64,000 bases of DNA from Octopus sinensis (lineage: Eukaryota). Below the pieces are notes generated by a model. That model was not told the origin of the DNA, made no database searches, and was given only the letters and a program-made list of their open reading frames with translations. The translations under genes and the position numbers were made by a program. The stretch lies in contig NC_043002.1 in the NCBI RefSeq assembly GCF_006345805.1, positions 98,766,001 through 98,830,000 of the forward strand, read 5' to 3'. This document shows positions 24,785 through 37,538 of this stretch, one piece after another. Each line of letters starts with the position of its first letter. Within the stretch, counting starts at the first letter, position 1.

Positions 24785-25087
24785 TTTTAGAGAATGTCTA
24801 AATAAACTCTGATAAAAGAGCCGACAAACCGGCATTCAACCTGCTAGTGATGATAGTGAAATATTTCTCAAATCAAACGTTACCACTTTAAATTCCGAAA
24901 GAACACATTGGGCAATATAGTCAATAGTAGGTAGCGAACGAAAAATCGATAGGATGCCTTTCACCATAGGTTTGATTGGCAAGCGCTGGCCTGGGGTCAA
25001 ACAACAACAACAGCACTAACAAGAACAACAACAATAACAGCAACAGTTGTAGCAGCATCAACAAGAACAAGAACAACAACTTTTACA

Positions 25088-25248
25088 GGCGCAGGAGTGG
25101 CTATGTGGTAAGTAGCTTGCTTACCAACCACATGGTTCCGGGTTCAGTCCTACTGCATGGCACCTTGGGTAAGTGTTTTCTACTATAGTCTCGGGCCGAC
25201 CAAAGCCTTGTGAGTGGATTTGGCAGACGGAAACTGAAAGAAGCCCTC

Positions 25249-25250
<2 letters not shown>
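25088..25250 (+). mobile_element. SINE family A, 5' half ending at internal (TA)n
   Basis: ggcgcaggagtggctatgtggtaag (A box), gggttcagtcc (B box), ccttgggtaagtg...ggaaactgaaagaagcc. Confidence 0.92.
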
Positions 25251-25283
<33 letters not shown>

Positions 25284-25432
25284 AGTAGATAAATGAATTA
25301 TCTTATTACGGATAATTCGAAAGATAACCGATACCTGGGTAGCAAACTCACAACAGAAAGAACACGGTTGAAGTTACGACCATAGGGCATATACTCCGTG
25401 CCTTAGTGCGGAAATTTGAAGTTTAATTTAAT

Positions 25433-25556
25433 ATAAGTATAGGAAAGAATGGAGCTGAACGAAGATTTAACTTCGAAGACTTCGAAACATATGTCGAAAA
25501 TAAAATAAAGGAATTTTGTTAAATCTTCGTTCAGCTCCATTCTTTCCTATACTTAT
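25433..25556. repeat. Perfect 39-bp inverted repeat around a half-hammerhead spacer
   Basis: Arms 25433-25471 and 25518-25556 are exact reverse complements. The 46-nt spacer contains cGAAACATATGTC. Confidence 0.9.
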
Positions 25557-25572
25557 TATATATATAACTTCT

Positions 25573-26176
25573 AAAATAAGGGCAAAAGAAAAATTCTAAT
25601 GCCAAATATGCCGAAAAAAGACAAAATTGTCAATACCCATTATAATTTATGCGTCTCGAAACAAACCGATAGAAATTTCTAAAAAATCCGTTATTACCGT
25701 ATTGGTTCAAATTTCGGGGTTAATTCATAAGAATTTTCCCCTCCTCAGCGATAAATACGTAAGACATAAATGAAATACTTACTCATACCCATGGAAAAAG
25801 CAAGCACTAAGTTCCGATCAGACCTAAGTACCCCAAATATATCCAAAATAGAAAATCTTCGGCACATCTCGAGACACGTGTGATTCGAACTAGAAATTTT
25901 CTCAGAGTGAGAGAATCCAGAAGTGAACACTATTAAATTTACAACTAATGTAGGATAAAATTTTTTCAAAAAAAATTTTACCAATGGCCAGCATATCAAA
26001 AAATACCTTTAAAGGTTAAATTTATAAATAACTTATAAAATAATGGCGAAAGAAAAATTCTAATGCCAAATATGCCGTAAAAAGACAAAATTGTCAATAA
26101 CATTATAATTTATGCGTTTTTGATATGCTGGCCATTGGTAAAGTGTTTTTCGAAAAAATTTTATCCTACATCAGTT
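25573..26176. repeat. A-B-A'-B(inverted) local rearrangement
   Basis: A is about 80 bp (25573-25654, repeated 26037-26117). B is about 60 bp (25943-26002, inverted at about 26115-26176). Confidence 0.85.
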
Positions 26177-26339
26177 ATATATATATATATTAGATAATAT
26201 TTCTTGACATTTATGCCAAAAACTAATCCGAACAATATCGAATGAAATGAAGACCACTAATCAGTCTTCCCTTCCGCCTCTTCCTCTTCCTCCCCTTCCT
26301 CCCCTCCTACTCCTCCTCCTCCTCCTCATCATCATCATC

Positions 26340-26730
26340 ATTATCATCTCCGATGTCTATTGACAATAACTTGCACTTGTCTTTAGAACGATCACGGATG
26401 CCCTACATATCACGCTTCGTCACGGCTGCCCTGATTTGATTAACTGCTGCAGCTCTACCTGTCCTTGACACTTAGATCTTGACCTTTGTCTTAGAAGAAT
26501 GCCCCCGATAAATTGGATACCGAGTGACAACGAGATGTCTGAGACAATGTTTAGTTAAAGAGTAGCGGATATCTTCATTACTATCTCGTTCCACAGAATG
26601 AGTCTACCATTGAATTGCTCATTGGTTCACTGAAGGCCATCGACTGCATCTGAGTGTAGTACCTACCGAGAGATTTGGTCATGGATTAGCATGGATCCAG
26701 GTTTCATATCCGTAAATGACGTTTGTCTTG
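26340..26730 (-). mobile_element. Highly degraded RTE LINE 3' end with (TGA)n tail
   Basis: The minus strand begins VIYGYETW and ends at a TGA-rich tail (tca repeats at 26325-26347). Confidence 0.55.
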
Positions 26731-28267
26731 ATGAGTAAAAAGAAATAAAGGTACATGGATGAAAACACAGACATGCGGACAGAGAGGATTGTTAGAAAGA
26801 AAAACATTTGTTAAAACGGATAAGTAGTAGGAATCTGTGTGTTCCCTGTGTCTGTTAGGAACAACAGCTAAATCTTCCTCAAAACGTGTCCTATAATCTT
26901 AAACAAGGAAAAAAAAAATTAGTCAATGTTGTTTTGCATGCCGCTATATAGATGCGATGGGCGCGACTGCATTGCTTTTCATCACAAATCTGCTCTATCA
27001 CGGTTGGTATGAAAATTAAGAGCCAATGAATCAATTTGTAACCAACAAAGAGTATTAGCATTAAAGAAAGTATGTAAATAAGCCGGATGAATAGGTCGCC
27101 ATATTTAACAAGGTAACTGCCTGTTTATTTTCTTCCATTAAACCAAGGCAGTGCACTTGGACAAACGGTAGGACCTTAGACAACTGCTCTCGTGGTACTT
27201 CATTGACGTACACGAGTTCAAATAAGTAAATTGTTATAAATAGTTAAACAGAAACAGGAACAAATCAGCACTGCATGCGTTACATGTAATTCACGAATGT
27301 TTCGAATCTGCTTCACATCTTTCATTTATCACTACCACAACCATTTCGCCTTTGGATGACTTTGGTACTGTTCCAAAAGAAAGTGAATTGTTGGTAGATT
27401 TGGATAGAACACCTCGAGGTATATGTTCTGACCATTACTGCATTCTGAATTCAGACCCTACCGAGCTCAACTTTACTATTCATCCTTTCAGGGTCCATGA
27501 AAAAGTACCAATCGAAGGAAGAGGCTTGACGAAACTGTCAGACAGAGATACCTTCCGTATCTGTTCCAGCTCTTTGTTTTCTGATAGCAACGTCTCTCAA
27601 TCGATAAAAAAACCCTCACCAGCCTAGTATAAATGTTGATCAGATTCACTACAATGGCGATGTTTCAGCATGGTCACTGCCTCTGGCTGAAACCAAGAAA
27701 AGAATAAAAGAAACCAAATACATGGTCTTATAAGAAATAATAACGAAGCAAGTCGAATCTAACCGAGCAAATAAAGTGTTGAACAGAAATGTCAAAAGTC
27801 TGCTGTGCTGCATGGCATTGTCAAAAGGTTAAATTTCATAAGCCGACTTCAATGTTATAACATTAAATTCAATCAGTGAATTTAGTGTCATAACATTTAG
27901 TAGTTATCATGGGCAAAACACATCAGATGTGCAGGTCAAGCGATCATTGTATATACTACAAATGATTATTAAGTTGCATTTCTATATCGACCATATTTTC
28001 TGGCATATAAGGCGCACTTATTTCCCAAGAAAATATCATAAAACATCATCCCAAATCCTATTTAAGCTGCTGGGCCTCCCTTAAGATAATTTTGTCATTC
28101 ATGCTCACTAGAGTAAGCTAATTTTAATTCAAACGGTCTTTTCAGTACAGTAATATAAAGTAATGCTTTCTATACAGTAATATACAGTAATGTTTTCTGC
28201 TATAGCCAATGTACTTTTCTGCTATGGCTAAGGTACTTTTGTAATATTTTGCAATTTACTACTAAAT

Positions 28268-28485
28268 ATTGGTTTCATATTTTGGCACAAGGCCAGCATT
28301 TTAGGGGGAGGGGCTAGGCCAATCAAATTGACCCCAGTGTTCAACTAGTACATATTTTATCGACCCCGAAAGGATGAAAGGCAAAGTGGACCTCGGCGGA
28401 ATTTGAACTCAGAACGTAAGGACGGACGTAATAGCGCTAAGCATTTTGCCCGGCGTACTAATGTATCTGCCAGCTCGCCGTCTTA
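28268..28485 (-). mobile_element. tRNA-derived SINE family B (Meta-domain-like)
   Basis: Minus strand: ggcgagctggcag...gagttcaaattccgccgaggtc.actttgcctttcatcctttcggggtcgataaaat. The central block resembles the Meta/MESC domain (from memory). Confidence 0.88.
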
Positions 28486-29402
28486 GATTGTTTTAAATAT
28501 TGCATGCTTTAATGCACTAAAGTATTTTATCGTGAATATGCACTGCCGAAATTGGGATGCGTCAAATATGAACGTGTGTCTAAAACGCCATCAAATGCTG
28601 TAGGTTCTCTTCTGTTATTATGCTTTATTTTCTTAGTTGCTTAGAATAGGAAATACAACACTTGAAATATTTCTTGGGAGTCTGAAACCGGTGGGCAATA
28701 AGGGAAGACAAAATTGCAATTCGTGTGTTGATACCATAAGCAGTGTACTAAGTTATATTTTCACCAGAGACTCAGCTCAATTGAGTACATCCGTATCGGA
28801 CTTCAGTCAGCCAAGGTTAACTATACATGTAAACGTGTATGGGCTGTTCTGGACAAGCACATTTTTGTGGAAGATGAACATTTGTCTGAGTATGAAAGTC
28901 TCTCCTCCACACGCCACTCATATTGACCAAAGTAAAGGTCACCGACTTTGGACGATACAACTTGGCGTCAGTGTCGTTGGAGGTGTTGCTTGTCATAACA
29001 CAAAGCGGTGAAAGAAATACCGCATATCATCTAACCCGACCCTCTAATATTTCCGCCATTAACGACCGGGATTGGTTCTTTTTTTATATATTTTAAGTCC
29101 GAAAAAATTAAATTAAAATTAAAAGTTGACCTCAGAGTACTAACTACTAAAGCAAATTCTACGAGACATTCTATCCGATGAGCTAACTGCCATTTTACCA
29201 CATCTTGTTCATTGTTTAACTACATGATATCATTGAAGCACAAATGTTTATAACCAGAGTTCATTGTTAATGAAACGTTTCTCTAATCAGTAGGGCAAAG
29301 TAAATTCATGTAAAGTTAAGTTTTATTTATTAAAGACTGCCGCAAGAATAGCGAACTATTTAGAACGAACACGATCGTCGATATACTGTAGCTCACTGAT
29401 AC

Positions 29403-29830
29403 CCTCTTTTACTTGTTTCAGTCATTTGATTGCGGCCATGCTTGAGCACCGCCTTTAGTCGAGCAAATCGACCCCAGGACTTTGTCTTTGTAAGCCTAGT
29501 ACTTATTCTATTGGTCTCTTTTGCCGAACCGCTAAGTTACGGGGACGTAAACACACCACCATCAGTTGTGAAGCGATGTTGGGGTGGGGGACAAACAGCC
29601 ACATAAACATATATACACACATACATATATATATATATAATATATATATATATATATACACATATATACGACGGGCCTCTTTCGGTTTCTGTCTACAAAA
29701 TCCACTCACAAGGCTTTGGTCGGCCCGAGGCTATAGCAGAAGACACTTGTCCAAGGTGACACGCAGTGGGAATGAACCCGAAACCATGTGGTTGGTAAGC
29801 AAGCTACTTACCACAGCCACTCCTGCACCT
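29403..29830 (-). mobile_element. SINE family A, full length
   Basis: Complete head, internal microsatellite and (tttactc)-type tail; matches 55084-55538 and 56679-57071. Confidence 0.93.
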
Positions 29831-30573
29831 TTTTAAAAAAAATCTAGTGTTTGAAAACAAAATAAGTGAATAGTAACGCTGCATGAATGATATCTGATTC
29901 TGTTATTAATTTTGCAACGATTTGTGTGAGAATTTACAATTTTAAAGTCGGTATATGGAAACCAGGTGCTAATTAACTAGTGGCTGATAGTTATAAACAG
30001 CTAATGAAGGGAAGTCTGCAATAATTATTACTAAGTTAAGCAAATTTCCTTTGCGCAAATTTACTTTCCTCAGATTTTGTTCCATCGTTTCTTTAATCAA
30101 CTTTTCTTTCTATGAACCTGTTGCACCTGAACAGTGAGGTATTTATTGGCCTATTTAGAGATATCTTGCAGAACCAAGTGCATCAATCTCGTTTATTGTA
30201 CTAGCTAGAAGATACCTTATTACGTCTTCGAACTTTTTCTGATTACGAATAATTGTGAGAATGATCAAAACGTGAAGTAACTATATAGTTATGTAGCTAC
30301 TGCATAATTAGTCAATCAAATACTACAAAAATAACCCAGATAAATAACTAGTAAGGTGTATTTTTTTTACCTTTATAAATTAATAGACTTCACACTAGAA
30401 AACTAATCTTCAAGTTCTTTCTATTACTAACTTGATTCAGGCGATTAGCATCAAAAGCATTGACGTTGCTGATTATTGTAAGAAAGTATAGCGTCTTTTT
30501 CTTCTTTACCTTGGTAGAAGAATTCTAAATTATCGATGCCAGATTTACTGCACATATCCGCAGGAAACGTACG

Positions 30574-31500
<927 letters not shown>

Positions 31501-32332
31501 TAAAACACTGCCTAGTCTAGAAATTGAATCCAGAGTCCTTGTAGTCATAAGCCATTAGCCTTAACCACTAGGCCACCCCCTTCACATGTATACGTTTATA
31601 TAGATGTATGTTTATGTCTATACATATACAGATGTATGCATATTTATGTATGTCTGCATATCTATATATATACATGTGTGTGCGTGTGTGTATGTGCATG
31701 CCTGTGTGTGAATATATGCATGTGTAGCTGTGCGATTATTATTTTGTGTAACTCTGTATTCCTTAAATCGTCAGCAGTGTATCTGAAAAATCGACACTCT
31801 GCAATTTCGAACTTTGATAAATTCTTGCCTGAAATCATCGAACTCCTGTGACTTTGTAGCCAACAATAAACAGCTTAGAGCTACATAACAAAACTCATTT
31901 GACCCATGCATTGCTGAGCTAATTCACATATTACTTGTCTGACAGTTGTTAACAACAATGAAATACACTGACTGGCCGTGAACATTACTTTTGCTAAATA
32001 AACATATAATATAAGAGATAGGTAGACTTGATTATTTTTCTAAGAATACTCGGTTTTTCTTTTTGCTTTGTAATTTAAAAATCCTACTGCAAACATACAA
32101 CGTTAATTGCATTTATTTAAGTTTCGCAGTTGTTCTGGGTTACCATAGTCCTGTTGCGTAGACTTTGCCCAGTTCTCAAATTTAATACCTCCTTTTGAAA
32201 TAACCAACGATGTGCTCAATATCATAAAATATTTTGTGTTTCGAGAAATATTTGGCTGCTATCTCTATCTTCTATCTCAATCTTCCTTCCATATAGGGAC
32301 TCAGTAGTTGACACGTTTGCTTCAACCAGTAA

Positions 32333-32722
32333 GTGGAGGCGCAATGGCCCAGTGGTTAGGGCAGCGGACTCGCGGTCATAGGATCGCGGTTTCGATTCCC
32401 AGACCGGGCGTTGTGAATGTTTATTGAGCGAAAACACCTAAAAAAGCTCCACGAGGCTCCGGCAGGGATGGTGGTGATCCCTGCTGTACTCTTTCACCAC
32501 AACTTTCTCTCATTCTTACTTCCTGTTTCTGTTGTACCTGTATTTCAAAGGGCCGGCCTTGTCACTCTATGTGTCACGCTGAATATCCCCGAGAACTACG
32601 TTAAGGGTACACGTGTCTGTGGAGTGCTCAGCCACTTACACGTTAATTTCACGAGCAGGATGTTCCGTTGATCGGATCAACCGGAACCCTCGTCGTCGTA
32701 ACCTACGGAGTGCTTCCATTCA
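32333..32722 (+). mobile_element. tRNA-derived SINE family C with 12-bp TSD
   Basis: A box tggcccagtggttag, B box gtttcgattcc. TSD tcaaccagtaag at 32322-32333 and 32723-32734. More than 90% similar by eye to 39426-39821 and 41590-41952. Confidence 0.95.
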
Positions 32723-32919
32723 TCAACCAGTAAGCAGTTCACAGACTGCGTCCATTTTAGATATATTTTACGTGTAATGGAGTTAAACTCACGGCATGTA
32801 GAATAAATAGTGTTCCACACTAGTAAACAGATTGAACTAGAATGACAGCGGTTATTCTGCCTGCCTAACATCCAAATAAAAACCATTTACCAAATTGTAC
32901 AAAGTATTTTATATATTCA

Positions 32920-33423
32920 CTAGCAGTATCCCCCGGCGTTGCTCGGGTTTGTAAGGGAAATAAATATATAAGCATTTTTAGAGTTACTTCCTTTATAGAT
33001 GCCAATTCGGGCTTTCTTAGCCATTTCTGTTTTGGTGTCTTCAAGCCATGAAGTCGTTGTTCTAAAAGAACGCTGGTCTCCTTGACAACGCTTTACGACG
33101 TTGATTTCCTTACACTCCCTTCCCCACAGCTTCTCGAGGGAGGGAAGAAGGGGGAAAAGCAACACAGGTGCAGGTGTGACCATGGACGCCAACTCCGCCG
33201 CCATCGACACACGAAAAATTATGCATTAAAATGGAATAAAAAATGATGTTAATAAAATCGTAGACTCATCGTAGACGCGCGCTAATACTCAGACGGGCTC
33301 GATATGAATCACGACTATAAGATACCCGAATTTGGTTAGACTGCACCGCAAAATGTGGGAGTAGTTAGGAATCTAAATCGAAGGGGACAGACACTCACAC
33401 AACTACAGTTTTATATATGTAGA
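32920..33423 (-). mobile_element. Non-autonomous Helitron, copy 2, with unique internal segment of about 225 bp
   Basis: Same TC...hairpin-CTAG termini and A|T site; 32990-33215 is absent from the other copies. Confidence 0.88.
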
Positions 33424-33830
33424 TTTAGCATTTTGATAATAAATTAGAAGTAATTCACTTCCTTTTGTTAATAGTTAATATTTATGGATTTGGTCTTCGT
33501 AGGCATTGCCTACAGTGTGTACTCAGACAGCGTCTCCCAGCTAAGCATACTTCACGAGGATTTAAAAAAAGATGTTCATCATTTTCTTTGTTGCAGAATG
33601 CTTACAAAAGAGCTGTATATGAATTACACTATGGTGTCAATTACGATAAATATTGACACTCTTGTAAAAACAGGTTCACATGCGGTCGCATTGTGTAGGG
33701 AATACAATCGCATGCGGTCCTATTCTTAATGAATTATTACAAGTCATAAATACATGCAGTAACAATAGAACATAAGTGGATTGGCAACAAGTCTTCTGTT
33801 TGAGATATAAACATTATTTATTTCACAATC

Positions 33831-34062
33831 CGTTTCTTTATTACCCACAAGGGGCTACACACAGAGGAGACGAACAAGGACAGACAAACGGATTAAGTCG
33901 ATTACAGCGACCCCAGTGCGTAACTAGTACTTAATTTATCGACCCCGAAAGGTTGAAAGGCAAAGTCGACCTCGGCGGAATTTGAACTCAGAACGTAACG
34001 GCAGACGAAATACAGCTACGCATTTCGCCCGGCGTGCTAACGGTTCTGCCAGCTCGCCGCCA
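33831..34062 (-). mobile_element. SINE family B with 16-bp TSD
   Basis: TSD tatttatttcacaatc at 33815-33830 and 34063-34078. Confidence 0.95.
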
Positions 34063-35002
34063 TATTTATTTCACAATCGTGTTGATGTTGGGAGTTTGTA
34101 AACGTTAGCACGTACGTGCGCATGCAACACGTGTTTGTGTCTGTGTGTTCGTGTGTGTGTGTGCGGCTGGCATAGAAAAGTACCTGATGGTGGAGGCGGC
34201 GAAGATAGTAGGCTCTCCGTGTTGAGTGTACATTAGCGTCGTAGCTAGTTGTAGCAGGAACAATCGTATATCATTTGGTTGAGCAGCGCTGTCTCTGAAG
34301 CCAGTTCTTACAAGAACTAAAACTAAAGACAGGTAATTGATTTACTGTTTATGAGGTACACGAAGTGTAAGAGTTCAATATCAAGATGTTGTGTCTCGGA
34401 GCTGAGATTAGTTGAATCACTTGTTGTGTTTATCTTTCCCTTGATATGGATATTCTTTCAGATATATTTACTGTAGCCGTTTTCCCGTGGTGAGATTTTC
34501 ACCTAACCGCTTGAGTTGAATCTGTAGTTATCTTGTGTACAAGTTAAATCTTCGTAGATAGAGACGATGTTGGCGATGACGTCGTGTCTATCGCTTGGTT
34601 TTTGCAGCGTCTTCATTATATGTTCTGCTTGGTTATTTTTCTCTTGATATAGATATTCTGCAACTGTTTTTCCGTGGTGAGATTTTCACACTAACAGTAT
34701 GAGTTGAATCTGTAGCTATCTTATGTACAAGCTAAATCTTCCTAGGTAGAGACGATGTTGGCGATGCCGTTATGTCTGGTTTCTATAGGGTCTTTATATT
34801 ATGTTTTGCTTGGTGGTCGCCCGCCTTTCGGACTGGAACATGGTTGAGTATGTTCTGTGTGGTCAGAGGTTTAGTCCTCACAAGGACTAGAACCAAAGAC
34901 GAAAAGTGTCTGAAAACACTCCTTTATATATTGTTTGGGTGGCTCAAAACGAGCCTCAAATGGAATTTTAACCAAAGGTCGTGATTGGCTGTTTTGGAAC
35001 AA

Positions 35003-35178
35003 TGGCGCGAAATATGTAGAGACAAACCGCGTCACATGTCAACCAGTGGCGCGAACTATGTAGAGACCACTCGTGTCACATGTCAACCAGTGGCGCGAAC
35101 TATGTAGAGACCACTCGTGTCACATGTCAACCAGTGGCGCGAAAATAAGTGGAGACAAATCGCGTCACGTGTCAACCA
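35003..35178. promoter_or_regulatory. 4 x 44-bp tandem array with E2F-like (TTTCGCGCC) and E-box (GTCACA/GTG) motifs
   Basis: Units start at 35003, 35047, 35091 and 35135; units 2 and 3 are identical. Flanked by gattgg (34983) and ccaatc (35176). Confidence 0.6.
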
Positions 35179-36182
35179 ATCAGGTTAGTGGTTACAACAA
35201 CGTTAAACTGGCCAAAGATGTTTGTAATCTCAAACGAGATCATTCTTAATACTTTTCTCAAACAGTGAAGATAGCAATGAAGAAAACAATATTGCTACAC
35301 TCTCAAAACACAACGAACCATTCTGTATTGGGTATAGAGATTTTTGTTTTTTCCTTCTTTTCATTTAATTTGATTAAATATAATGACAACTTAAATGCAA
35401 TGAATAAAACTTGAAAACCAAATACAAGACGGAAGGCTTTTAAATTCAACAATAAACATTTTGTGTATGGCACACGCCATTTTCCTTTGTTAGCTGTAAC
35501 AATAGTTTGTATTCCGTACATTGACTCTTTATTATATTCTCCTTATATCCAATTTAATTTCGACAACTACGTTGTTTTACATAAGTTTCATCATGTCTTT
35601 GTTCTCCTAGAACCATATAAACCTGCTTACATACATATACGCCTTCACATGCACCCGACAGTAAGTCAAAATTCCATAAATACTTAATATTCAATTTTAT
35701 TTATTCATTCCAATTATGAATATTTAATAAATGAATACCGTGAGTTAAAATCACCATATTTGTTCAACATTTGTCTATTTATTAGCGAAGTCTCATATAA
35801 AATAATTATTTGTTTTAATCTTGGAATTAAATGGTTTTGATTTACGGCCAGGTGACTTTTGGCTAAACCTGTACATATTATTCAAATACGTCTAAACATC
35901 GACATACATGCACACATACAAGTAGATGCACTAATGTATGATGCATGTATATATGTACACATATGTATTAATATACAAACACACATGTGTACACATAAGT
36001 ACAGATATGTACAAACCTACGTATATAGCTATACAGGCATACAATAACGCACACATATATACATATACATAAACATACACATATATAAACAGATGCGGAT
36101 ACAAAGCACATTATTCAGTACTTACTTTAGGAAGCAGCGTGAACTATGCTTTTAGTTGGTCGGGAGAAAGTTAATTCTGTCA

Positions 36183-36214
<32 letters not shown>

Positions 36215-36216
<2 letters not shown>

Positions 36217-36459
36217 AATTTAGGGTATGGAGCAGGTGAAATCCAGGTTACATATATTTTCTAGTTAGCAGAACCTCGGAAGAAGTAATTACTCAACGAG
36301 GGGTACTCCATTAGCTACTCATCAGGTCTAACTAAGGTATCTTTTGGCCTGATGATTAGCTAGCAGAGTACCCTTCGTTGAGTAATTACTACTTCAGAGG
36401 TTCTGCGAGCTAGGAAACATATGTAGCTTGGATGTCACGTGCTCCATTCCCTGAATTTG
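36215..36459. repeat. 245-bp fold-back composed of two divergent hammerhead-containing arms
   Basis: Arms 36215-36328 and 36346-36459 are about 80-85% complementary by eye, with a 17-nt loop. (TA)n lies to the left. Confidence 0.92.
36346..36428 (+). ncRNA. Type-I hammerhead ribozyme with long stem II and palindromic stem III
   Basis: GGC-CUGAUGA(36349-55); stem II 36356-68/36401-13 (13 positions, 1 mismatch, U.G closing); GAAA(36414-17)-C-AUAU-GU-A(36425)-GCU. Confidence 0.75.
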
Positions 36460-36662
36460 GATTTATATTCGCATACACATCAACCCCAGTTGCAAACCCT
36501 GAACTATAAAATAACTTTTTTCATCTTATCGAACTTCGATATAGGAAAAGGTTACATCCTTCTACGTTAATAAACTACTATTGTTCCCGAAAGTTGCTTT
36601 TCATATCTTCCACGGACTACTCGAAGATTACTAACTTCTTACACCTGGATCCTAGCCCTTCC

Positions 36663-36746
<84 letters not shown>

Positions 36747-36761
36747 GTATATATAAAATAC

Positions 36762-36837
<76 letters not shown>

Positions 36838-36840
<3 letters not shown>

Positions 36841-37468
36841 CATATTATCTCTAGCTGCCCAGTCCTGGCTAAGAAGGAATATATTCACAGACATGACAGA
36901 GTTGGAACCTACATACATTGGAAGATATGCCAACATTATGGAATAACAACAGAAAAAAGATGGTATAGGCACACACCAGAAAAGGTCACAGAAAACGAGA
37001 AAGCAACCATACTCTGGGATATGCCGATACACACAGATAGAGAAATTAAGGCCAACAGACCAGATATAGTTGTCAGAGATCATGAAGAAAAAAAATGCTT
37101 TCTAATTGATGTATCAAAACCGGCTGATGACAACGTGTCTCTAAAAGAAATGGAGAAACTCTCAAAATACAAAGACCTGGAAGTAGAGGTAACTAGAATG
37201 TGGAACCTGAAAACAGAAACAATTCCTATCATAGTAGGTGCATTAGGCATGATAAAAAAATATTCAGACAAATACATAACAAAAACACCAGGACTTACAA
37301 ACACATATAACATACAGAAAATTGCACTACTAGGCACTGCACACATCCTACGCAGAACACTTTCCATACAACAACCATCAGAGCATCACAACAAATCACA
37401 GCACATACCCAAGGCACACAGAGCTGCGCTCGGTAGTGAAGTGAAAGCACGCAATAAAAATAAAACTA

Positions 37469-37472
<4 letters not shown>
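36838..37472 (+). mobile_element. R4/Dong-like RLE LINE, 5'-truncated, inserted in (TAA)n
   Basis: Uninterrupted frame NHIISSC...RHDRV...ILWDMPIHTD...NRPDIVV...CFLIDVS...KYKDL (end of CCHC knuckle, RHD, PD..D endonuclease). The stop TAA of copy 609 is CAA here. (TAA)n lies on both sides. Confidence 0.93.

Positions 37473-37538
<66 letters not shown>

Larger units (their letters stand above)
33755..35199 (-). mobile_element. Probable solo LTR interrupted by a SINE
   Basis: Ends TGttGTAAC...GTTACtgCA (imperfect IR). On the minus strand the order is CCAAT-box pair, 44-bp array, TATATAAA (34921-34931), tandem duplication of about 190 bp, AATAAA. No TSD found. Confidence 0.55.

Noticed and set aside
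27352-27627. 91-aa ORF with normal-looking composition
   Set aside because: It overlaps a diverged family B SINE core (accgagctcaactttactattcatcctttcagggtc).
32333-32410. tRNA genes at SINE heads (also 25088, 39821, 42530, 52713)
   Set aside because: A/B boxes are present, but the sequences run directly into SINE bodies with TSDs and lack a convincing acceptor stem.
35003-35178. 44-bp repeats as a CRISPR array
   Set aside because: The units are contiguous with no spacers, there are no cas genes, and the context is eukaryotic.
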